DNA from: Balanoglossus misakiensis
Lineage: Eukaryota; Animalia; Hemichordata
Length of the DNA: 64,000 bases
Direction: 5' to 3'
NCBI GenBank assembly: GCA_040954595.2
Contig: CM082585.2
Coordinates: 1,426,318 to 1,490,317 of the forward strand
Under the pieces are notes generated by a model. That model made no database searches and was not told the DNA's origin. It worked only from the letters and a program-made list of their open reading frames with translations. Positions 54,241-64,000 of this stretch are shown piece by piece (positions within the stretch are counted from its first letter, which is position 1; each line of letters begins with the position of its first letter). The translations under genes and the position numbers were made by a program.

Positions 54241-57226
54241 TATTAGGGCCCAAGCGCATACCAGCGCTTGGGCCCTATTGGTTTCGTTGGGGTTTTTACG
54301 GGCCCAAGCCAAGCCAGGCTTGGGCCCGTATTGGTTTCGTTGGAATTTTACTTTCTTTCTTTCTTTCTTTATTCTTGTGTCAATTCTTTGACCCACGAGA
54401 TCTCAGACACCGCTGCAGGTACACTTCTGAAACTTGCTACAGTGGTCAAGGTCAATGAGTAGTCGTGCATTGAACCCTTGAATTTTTAATTAGTCACGTG
54501 ACCTGGCGGCCATCTTGGATTTTCTGAAAAAATGCAAATCTCAGATCTCAGAAACTACAAGTCAGATCGACTTCAAATTTGGCATGCTGGTAGACTACCT
54601 TCTGCCCATCATTTTTGTAATTGGAAATTATGCTGACAAAGTTGCAGTTTTTTGCTACAATTTTTTTTCTGAAATCTGGCTTAAATTTCAAAAATCTTCT
54701 TCTCCAGAACCGGTGATAACCGAGACACAGGGTTTGGTGTATGTGGTCACCTAACTGATGTTTATCAAGTTTGCGAAGATCATTGTGATTGGTCGAAGAT
54801 TATGGCGGCCATATTGGATTTTCGAAAAACCCTAGTAAAATTTCAAAAATCTTCTTCTCAAGAACCGGCGATAACCGAGTCACAAGATTTGGTGTGTGTG
54901 GTCATTAAAAAGATGTCTATCAAGTTTGCTAAGAAGAATGTGATTGGTCGAAGATTATGGCGGCCATATTGGATTTTGTGAAAAACCATTAAAAAGTAAA
55001 AATTCCCTTTCTGGCCTAAAAATTGATAGCACATAAATTCTTTTTAAGGATATGAATCATCATATGACAAGAATAAGCTATAAATATTTTGGTAATTTTG
55101 ACAATGACCTTTGACCTACTTTTGACGCATCCTTTTTCTGCATATCTAATTCCAGGCTAACCAATAGGGCTATAAGTTTGGTTTTTGATGTATGTGGATT
55201 TGTATGTGATCAAAAAATTTTGATACTTTTCATGACCACTTTGACATCTGCTGACCTCATTAAATATGCACATACCTAATTACAGATGAACCAATAGACC
55301 TAGAGATTTTGTTTTTGTTATACATGGACCACTATGGGGTCAAAATATTTTGCCCAAATGTTGGGTGACCTCGGGTGACCTTTGACCTACTTTTCCATAT
55401 CTTGACATCCACAGCAGATACAGCCTTGGCGTTTGGAGGTATGGGGCCATAATGAAAAGCCAAAGTTTTTGGTCACCTGTGACACCTGCTTAACTCATTA
55501 TTTATGTGCATACCTAATTACGGGCTAACCAAAAGGGCTAGAGATCTGGTTTTTGTTGAACATGGACCACTATGGGTCAAAATTTTCTGCCCAAATTGTG
55601 GGTGACCTCTGGGTGACCTTTGACCTACTTAACACTATATCAACACCAAACATAGATATAAACTTGATATTTCATGGGATAAAACACAGCATTATGTTTC
55701 TACTCATTAATTATGTGCATATCTAATAATCAGATCAGATAATAGAGCTTGGGCCCGGACAATGCTGCTTGCAGCTTTAATTCTGTCTTTCCTTCTTTCT
55801 TTCTTCTTTCTTTATTCTTCTGTCAATTCTTTGTCGCTCTAGATCTCAGACACCACTGCAGGTACAGTTCTCAAACTTGCTACAGTGGTCAAGGTCAATG
55901 AGGAGTCGTGCATTGAACCCATGAATTTTTAATTAGTCACATGACCTGGCGGCCATCTTGGATTTTCTGAAAAAATGCAAATCTCAGATCTCAGAAACTA
56001 CAAGTCAGATCGACTTCAAATTTGGCGTGCAGGTAGACTACCTTCTGTCAAACATTTTTGTAATTGGAAATTATGCTGTCAATGTTGCAGTTTTTTTGCT
56101 ACAATTTTTTTTCTGAAATCTGGCTTAAATTTCAAAAATCTTCTTCTCCAGAACCGGTGATAACCGAGACACGGGGTTTGGGGTATGTGGTCACCTAACT
56201 GATGTCTATCAAGTTTGCGAAGATCATTGTGATTGGTCGAAGATTATGGCGGCCATATTGGATTTTCGAAAAACCCTAGTAAAATGTCAAAAATCTTCTT
56301 CTCGAGAACCGGGGATAACCGAGCCACAAGATTTTGTGTGTGTGGTCATTCAACAGATGTCTATCAAGTTTGCGAAGAGGAATGTGATTGGTCGAAGATT
56401 ATGGCGGCCATATTGGATTTTGTGAAAAACGATTAAAAAGTAAAAATTCCCTTTCTAGCCTAAAAATTGATAGCACAGAAATTCTTTTTATGGATATGAA
56501 TCATCATATGACAAGAATAAGCTATAAATATTTTGGTAATTTTGGCAATGACCTTTGACCTACTTTTGACGAATCATTTTTCTGCATATCTAATTCCAGG
56601 CTAACCAATAGGGCTATAAGTTTGTTTTATGATGTATGTGGATTTGTATGTGATCAAAAAATTTTGCTACTTTTCATGACCCCTTTGACCTCTGGTGACC
56701 TCATTAAATATGCGCTTACCTAATTAATGATAAACCAATAGACCTAGAGGTTTTGTTTTTGTTATACATGGACCAGTATGGGGTCAAAATATTTTGCCCA
56801 AATGTTGGGTGACCTCGGGTGACCTTTGACCTACTTTTGCATATCTCGACATCCACAGCAGATACAGCCTTGGTGTTTGGAGGTATGGGGCCATAATGAA
56901 AAGCCAAAGTTTTGGGTCACCTGTGACACCTGCTTAACTCATTATTTATGTGCATACCTAATTCCGGGCTAACCAAAAGGGCTAGAGGTCTGGTTTTTGT
57001 TGGACATGGACGACTATGGGTCAAAATTTTCTGCCAAAATTATGGGTGACCTCTGGGTGACCTTTGACCTACTTAACACTATATCAACACCAAACATAGA
57101 TATAACCTTGATATTTCATGGAATAAAACACAGCATTATGTTTCTACTCATTAATTATGTGCATATCTAATAATCAGATCAGATAATAGAGCTTGGGCCC
57201 GGACAATGCTGCTTGCAGCTTTAATT
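54241..57226 (+). mobile_element. Two nested HINE/Helentron-type elements of one family (~1.44-kb bodies)
   Basis: Two 5' hairpins (54245-54276, 54298-54329), (cttt)n microsatellites, and two 3' ends gcttgggccc...gctgcttgcagc-tttaatt (55747-55782, 57191-57226). Confidence 0.75.
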
Positions 57227-58846
57227 TTTATATTGTTAATATCGTTCGTGATGTTGACTGGCCGACAATCTTTGTCACACCAGTATTTGCAGGTAGATTA
57301 AAACATTGCCTATTCCAGCAATAATCACAACAGTCTTACTTTTTCTATCTTTGTAAGCGTTAATCTTTATTGACCTCGCTTGTTGTTTTGTGTTTTTGTG
57401 TTGTTTTTGTTTTTGTTTTGTTTTTTTAGTAGTTTCATAATTTTATTTGTATTTTTAAAATGTTTTCCTGTTTTTTGTTTACTTTTTTATTTTTTTTACT
57501 ATTTGTTGATTGTAATGCTGTATGGGTCTCGACTGTCGGTCCCAACTTGTCATATAATTAGGTAGTACTGGAGTCAGTGGAAACCCAGGTGCCCGCATAA
57601 TTTCAGGTGTAGTGACACCGTGTATTGTCATGTTAATGAATAGGGCTTCGTTAGCTAAGTTTCGTGTAGTAAGAGAGCACACTTCAATTTAGGTCTTGAA
57701 GGGAGCAACAAGTCGGGTCTCCCTGCTCAGTGAGTAGAAATACTAGGGGAAATATTGCACCATACCTTGCTGTGTCCATGTAATGCTGTAGCGCGCATTA
57801 GTGCTCTCAGGACCACTGTTTCTGCAATTCGAGTGGAAGTAAATTCAGTACTTCTAGAAAGCAGAATTGTGCTTATTCAGTGCAAACCGGTGTGGTCGGG
57901 CGATTGGCGTGGCTGGCATGGTCGTATGTGGTGTGGCTGGAAATTGCTCCAAGCAGAGTTCTGTGGAACCATCCTATAGACCCGGTATTGCTGAGCATGA
58001 AGTGTGGTGAAGAATTCTCGTGTAAGTAATGTATTTGTTTATTTATTTACTATAACTTAAATTTATATTTTATGGATATTTATGTCAAATTCGACAATTT
58101 GTAAGTAATAGGACGGTCATAGTTAAAGCATAATTTTCCATGATATCACATGTAATCATGACGCTTTAACTAGTCCAAATTTCTGATAATTATTATTGAG
58201 AAACGTCAGTATTCATTTGTGAACAGTTGCTAAGGTGGACATTTCAGTCAATGTTTGTTGATTTTTCATTCAGCCATTTAACCCAAGACTTGCATCTAAC
58301 AAGTCAGTCTTCAGTGTGTTTACTTGACTACTGGAGGACTACAAGTGGTAGAAAACATGGTGTATCACAGATTGTATGTGTAATGTGGATCGTCGCTACA
58401 TCGTTCATCTATACAGGACTCCATCCCATATTGTGGTTGAATCATGATTGTTTACTATGAATGTTATATACAGCTAAGTGACACTTACCATTGTTTAGAC
58501 AATATGCAATAGACAATAAACTATAGTGATATTGTGAATATATTCATTTATGTAATATATTAAGTAACCCATTGTATTGTATGACCAATTGTATCAGCAT
58601 ACTTGTACCTGCTAAATTGGTTAGGACAGAGACATTTGATATTGTGCATATTGTGCACAAAAATTATATTCCTAGTATTATCTTTATATTATTTAATTGA
58701 TTTAAATTAAATCAACTGTATTATTGTATCCGCACTGGTTTGTGTAGTTTCTCCCCATACCTTATCCACGGATGTTTACTCCTTGGCACTGAGAGCTGCT
58801 CAATATTTATCCTGGAATCAGAGGGGTGCCCTCCACCTCTGACATT

Positions 58847-58863
58847 TGGGGGCTCGTCCGGGA
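58847..58863 (+). promoter_or_regulatory. Primer-binding site for tRNA-Pro
   Basis: TGGGGGCTCGTCCGGGA lies 2 nt after a probable LTR end (...ctctgaCA at 58844) and matches the canonical tRNA-Pro PBS. Confidence 0.85.
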
Positions 58864-59139
58864 GTTTTATCGTTTTGTTGTGCATTTGTTTGTATACTAT
58901 CATAAATTGTTGCCATATAGTGGAGACCATGGTTTTGATAGGTAGAGATTCTGCAAATTGTGAAGACGGTGCTGGGTCTGTAGGCTGGTACTGTTACTGT
59001 ATGTGCGCTTGTGGTTTCCTGCTATATAATATGGGCCGTGTTGGTTTGCGTCGTGCGTTTGGCTGTGTTGACTTGTGCTGAATGCCCTGTACTGCTAGGG
59101 GTTGTCAAACTGGGGGTTGTAAATCGCGATACAGCAAAG

Positions 59140-60953
59140 CATATATGCAGAAAGAATATCTAAGATAGGGAGAAAATTTGGGTTGGAAGGGACTGCTTTA
59201 AAAGATTATGTTAGAGAGGAACAAATTAGACAGAGGGATCTTAGGGCTACTGAGAGAGAGGAGCAGAGAGAAGATAATAGGCGGCGCGAGGAACATGAGA
59301 GAGAGATACTGAAAATGCAAATTCACTTACAAGAATTAAAATTGAAAGGGGAAAATACAGAACAGCAGGTTACTGAAAATAATTTGGCCAAAGCGCGTGC
59401 TCCGAGACTACAGGGTTTTCGTGAGGATGTTGATGATATGGATGCGTACCTTCAACGTTTTCAGCGCTACGCCACTGCTCAGAAGTGGGAAAAAGATGAC
59501 TGGGGGTGAATCTCAGTGCATATTGTTACAAGGTAAGGATGTATCCACATACAACCAAATGCCTGCAGCGTCTGCAAATAATTATGATGAATTGAAACCA
59601 GAGTTATTGAGGGCTTACCAGTTAAGTGAGGAGAGTTTTCATGACAAGTTCCGTTCGTGTATGCCACATTATGATGAAAGTGCTCAAAAGTTTATGGACC
59701 GTATTGGTGACTATTTGGGCAGATGGGTAGAACTGGCTGGTACTCCAAAGACGTACAATGGGCTTACAGATCTGTTACTTCGAGAGCAGTTTATTGGAGT
59801 ATGTTCCAGAGACATGGCAATGTTCATTAGAGAGCGACGGCCAGAGAATGTCCAAGAGATGGTATCTACTGCCTCAAAATACTTAGATGCCCGAGGGTGG
59901 TGGAAACTGCCAAGTAATGCCAAGAATAATCCAAGGAGCCAGCCGACAGCAAATACCAAGCCTGCTGTATATCCAAATCAAGTAAATAAGTTTAATAACA
60001 AAACCAATGGTTCCCATGTTTTTAAAGGTACGTGCTTCGTATGTGGTAAAGGTGGTCATATGGCCAAAGATTGTAGAAGTAAGCCAAAGATGCATAAGAC
60101 GGCGGTATTGTTAACTGAAGAAGATAGAAACTATCCACCTAAACAAGAATGTACACATTGGGGCAACCGTCAACAGCCCAGGGGACTAGACACTGGTTAT
60201 GCATGTATGGTGGTAGCAATGGAAATAGATAAAACAGATGCAACACTGAATAAGGAGTTCGTGTTACCATGTGGTCATAAGCTCCCAGTGATGAGTGCTG
60301 CTTGTAGTGCCCATGGAGTGAAGAAGATGCCGGTAATGAAGGGATTGCTCGATGGTAAGCTGGTTAGCGTTTTGCGTGATAGTGGGTGTAGTAGCGTGGT
60401 AGTTCGAAGAAGTCTGGTGTCAAGTAATCAGCTGACTGGTGAGTACAGGACGTGTGTTCTGATAGATGGGACTATTAGAAGAGTACCTGTAGCCTCTATA
60501 AAAGTTGATACCCCTTACTTTGTTGGTGATGTTACTGCACTGTGCATGATGAACCATGTGTATGATTTAATACTGGGCAACATTGATGGTGTATCTGACC
60601 CTTCGAATCCTGATACTACATGGCAGGAACCATTGCCGACATGTAGACTGTGTACAACTGTTGGACAGGTACCAGGTTTAGCAAATGCTGTGGAGACCAG
60701 AGCCCAGAAGATAGCCAACCAAAAACCAATCAGAGAGCTTAAAGTACCTAAAGCTGTTGGTGAAGTGGTGATGCCAGGGAAGCTTCAACAAGCTCAAGAA
60801 GAAGACTCCACTCTTGACAAACTACGTGAGAAGGCAATTTTGGGTGACGAGAAAGTGACTAGGAATGGAGGTAGGTTGAAGTTCATCATGAAAGATGGGA
60901 TCCTGTACAGAGAGTTCAATTCGCCAATGGTCCAATTTGGTGAAAAGCTGTTA
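59140..60953 (+). pseudogene. gag: Gmr1-like Gypsy gag (SCAN-like capsid, CCHC) and protease, frameshifted and interrupted
   Basis: DDMDAYLQRFQRYATAQKW, then a frameshift at ~59500, LLLREQF, CFVCGKGGHMAKDC, LRDSGCS, AVETRAQ and the pre-integrase segment QEEDSTL..KDGILYR. Homology stops at ~60953. Confidence 0.85.
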
Positions 60954-61039
60954 CACACTGCGGGAAATACTAGAGCTATGTTGGGCAGTATTCAGCGAAG
61001 CGCGAGCTCCCATGTTCACCATAGCAATGCATTGCCAAG

Positions 61040-61690
61040 ATGGCGGCGCCCGTGTTGATCGATGCCGAGAAAGTTATAAAACGCAAATTGCGAGAGGCAA
61101 AATCTGTGCTTAAACGTAAAAAATGCGTGTCGGACAATCTGTATATACACCCACTCTTTGATGAACTTGAGGATGTGACAACAAGGGCCATATTTCGAAA
61201 CGACAAGCTGTCAAAGGACAAGATTCGTTGGCGTGACGTCGCCGTATTTCCCATGTTTCAGCGTGATATGACCTACTGGCAGAAGACCTTCTACGCTCGG
61301 CTGTCAACATCCCCGTCGTTAAGGTCACCATGGCAAAGCAGCTTTACACGACAAATGCCGAGGGAAGTATTTGATGTTTTTCATCAGTTTGCTACTCGGA
61401 CCGGTTTTGGTATCGACGAGAAGACCTCCAGGGCTATCATAACCTTGACCTTCACAAGTTCCTTGAAGCTATTGTATGTGATACGGAAAGGTTATTGCTA
61501 CGAGGGCGCTATCGGTCAGCATACAGAGAATATCCTAGAGAAGAAAGTCCGTGGAAAGAGGGTAGCTGTTATATTCACACCTGAGAAGCCCTGTGTTGTG
61601 AAATATTTTATCAACAGGGAGACTGTTGCTGTTAGATTCAGCTTTGGTGCCTGGAACAAACATGGAATTCCATTACATCCAGAGAACTGA
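61040..61690 (+). CDS. Orphan basic 216-aa protein, putative transposon accessory protein
   Basis: Uninterrupted ORF with a strong start context (caagATGGCGGCG), GC-richer than the AT-rich sequence downstream, and AATAAA at 61819-61824. No domain recognised. Confidence 0.7.
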   Translation: MAAPVLIDAEKVIKRKLREAKSVLKRKKCVSDNLYIHPLFDELEDVTTRAIFRNDKLSKDKIRWRDVAVFPMFQRDMTYWQKTFYARLSTSPSLRSPWQSSFTRQMPREVFDVFHQFATRTGFGIDEKTSRAIITLTFTSSLKLLYVIRKGYCYEGAIGQHTENILEKKVRGKRVAVIFTPEKPCVVKYFINRETVAVRFSFGAWNKHGIPLHPEN

Positions 61691-62542
61691 ACCCTATTGA
61701 TTTTTCACACTGATTCAACCCATCTGAGGAACATTTTTTTCCTGATCTGTGGCACATGTTGTTCAGTGTAGATGTATCAGTCTGTCAAGACAGTCCTCTC
61801 ACAATTGACATATATTCAAATAAAAAAAGGAAAATTAGAAGACTCAAAAATTCATCACTTGTCTTTATTTATCTACATTCAATACAAATGAACAGATAAT
61901 GTTTACAAAATTTCCTAAACTGTAAAATTCTTTTTTTCCATCATTATTGTAACATAGATTTTTCATTAGTTTCAGAAAAAAATGTATGTTACCTACAATC
62001 AACATTGATAAGTCAATCAAAACTGCTCATCTAACAGTTAACCAGGATTTCTGGTCTAAATTTAATTAATATTTACAATTAATTCCATGACAAAATTTAT
62101 AAATATCAAGAATTTGATGAGACTTAATTCTTTATTTTTTCACAAATTCATTAAAATTTCGTGCAGGTGCAGAATAAACAACTCCTCAAGAAAAATGTAA
62201 AACTTTTCTATCAAGCTTATGTATGTCATACATTTTAATTTTGCAAAGCACTGCAATCACTATACGATTAAGGGTTTATTCACAATACTTAATAGTGGTA
62301 AGATAAGTTTCAATTTCCCTGTCCCCATACATGCACACATATACAAAATCCCATAAGAAACATATCATCTCCAGTTCAAAAAGTGTGAATTCATGTGATT
62401 TGTGATCTCCATTTTTATTAAATGCAGCTCTCAACTACAGATGAGTCTTTATAATTCTGTAATGTAATTAATACTATAGTTATCCTTTAATTCTAAAGTA
62501 GCACACAGTGACACAATCCACTGTTTCAAATTCAATCATTGT

Positions 62543-64000
62543 TCACAGCATAAGTTTCTTGAGTTTATTTGATATTTTACCAGTGACAGCTGCTTTTTTT
62601 ATGTCATCCATAATTGGGTCAACACATATTTCACAGGCAGTCATTGTTTCATTTTTTTAAATTGCCACACATACAGTAGCCTGCATTCTCATAATATCGA
62701 CTGGGAATGTATTTTTCTTTTTCTTTAAGCTCAAATTGACCTACATTTGCATTTCTATAGTTGTCAGCTTTTGGACTGTTGTTCCTCAGCCAAAAAAGCA
62801 TCACATATTCGTGTCGAAATATGAGGGCCCACCTATTTTGAGGTGTAGAATTTTCACTGAATTCTAGCAGGCGTAGATGCTTTGCCTCTCTGCCTTCCAT
62901 TGTGTTTAGGCCTAATCCCAGACTGAATTGCTTATAGATACTAGTGGTGTGTTTTGGGACTACATAACCAATGTGCCACACAGTATTATTGACATTCAGA
63001 AACAGGGAATGTAGATTAAAGTACCACCGACACTTATGCCTAAGTACAAGCAAATCTCCCTCATTTATGTTGAATCGTGAGAATAACAAAGTGATATCTC
63101 TAAGCAAGATACCAGTATATGTGTAGAGAGCTAATTGAGCCCGACGCTTTGGTCTGTCTGTATCGCTTCTCAATGCTAATACCAATCCTATGAAATGCCA
63201 AGCAAGTTTGCGAGACTCCTCACCAGTGAAGCGATAAACCACATTAATGTTGGCATTTGACTTGACACTATTTTCATTGAAGTATTTTACAATCTTATTA
63301 TACAACTTTCCAGCTTTTACTTGATATTTTAGGGCAGACAGGAATTTGTACAGATATGACTCGTTAGGTAGATTCTCAATTTTAACTCCATTTTCACGAC
63401 CCTTTTCCGAAGTGTGGGCAACTGCGTCAATCAGTAATCGTTGGAAGTAGTATTGCCATGCATTGTTCTTTAAATGCAATGGCTCAGCCTTGGCACAATC
63501 AATAAATCTACCCAACGGTGGTACAAATTCCTGTCTTGACCTCAGACTGGCTATAAATTGTGTGATTTTGGGTCGCACTGTTTTGGGCTTTCCAGTTTTA
63601 ATTTTCTTAGTTGACTTCAACTTTTCAACAGCTTCTGCATCTTTAATTCTTTTCTGATATTTCCATTCATCCCACTTCTGACCTGGGCCAATTTCTGCTC
63701 CAATACAATCAATATCATTTTTGGAACGTTAGCAAATGAGCTGAAATACTTTGCTGCATTGCTTAGTTCTCCAGACACACTGGCCAATCCCTTCTGATCA
63801 AAGGGTAAAAGTGACACCTGAAAAGTTACATCAAGACTGCCAACTTTATATTTACGTTTCTCAATACACTCAAGGTCTTTTGACAATGCAATTGCAAATT
63901 CAATCATTATGGGGTCATCCTCTTTTATGTTTGCCCCTAATAGGAGAAAATTGTGGTCTGGGCTAGCAACACGGTGGGTCACATTCAAGAAACTAACTAG
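62543..64000 (-). pseudogene. Divergent Transib/RAG1-like DDE transposase (N-terminus outside the window; two 1-nt frameshifts)
   Basis: Ordered motifs LVSFLNV...PFDQKGL..SG, EPLHLKNN, RFTGEESRKL, TVWHIGYVVPKH, NTMEGREAKH parallel the RAG1/Transib motifs DxK, DxLH, GN.ARK, HxxxxH and SE..E. Frameshifts at ~63720 and in the A-run at ~62652 join the two listed ORFs and extend the C-terminus to a stop at 62543-62545. Confidence 0.65.

Larger units (their letters stand above)
60954..64000. mobile_element. Putative Transib/RAG-like DNA transposon (left part), two convergent ORFs
   Basis: The Gypsy frame loses homology at CACACTGCGGGAAATAC. Downstream are a 216-aa + strand ORF and a convergent transposase-like ORF. 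The other end is outside the window. Confidence 0.6.

Noticed and set aside
57234-58844. Exact 5' LTR of the second Gypsy element
   Set aside because: Only the 3' boundary (CA before the PBS) is supported. No partner LTR or TSD is in the window to fix the start.
61040-61690. Calling the 216-aa ORF RAG2-like
   Set aside because: No kelch repeat or PHD signature is visible and it is too short; only the position is analogous.
62504-62510. Perfect RSS heptamer CACAGTG just past the transposase stop
   Set aside because: It is internal to the element with no nonamer at 12- or 23-bp spacing, and a 7-mer is expected by chance several times in 64 kb.

Overview
AT-rich eukaryotic DNA made almost entirely of repeats and transposons. 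It looks like a marine invertebrate, possibly a deuterostome, but that is inferred from the element types only. No clear host gene, rRNA, tRNA or CRISPR array is present. From left to right: (1) 1-13.3 kb, a ~0.9-1.1 kb macrosatellite with an internal 116-bp sub-array and nested Helentron-type (HINE) non-autonomous elements; (2) 15.65-31.28 kb, a ~190-bp satellite with higher-order duplications; (3) 31.3-52.4 kb, a repeatedly duplicated satellite-end/SINE-tail module; (4) inside it, a 3'-truncated Kolobok DNA transposon (from 35519, TTAA site) whose transposase can be rebuilt over 11 phase-compatible exons, with a palindrome-capped element, a TTAA MITE and a complete Ty3/Gypsy element (identical 154-bp LTRs) in its introns; (5) nested HINEs at 54.2-57.2 kb; (6) a decayed Gmr1-like Gypsy element cut at ~60954 by the most interesting feature. 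That last element starts with an RSS-heptamer-like CACACTG and carries an intact 216-aa orphan ORF. The ORF lies tail-to-tail with a divergent Transib/RAG1-like DDE transposase that runs off the window. This resembles the ProtoRAG layout, but the partner gene does not look like RAG2. All family assignments come from motif recognition by eye and no searches were run. Most short ORFs in the supplied track are repeat artefacts.
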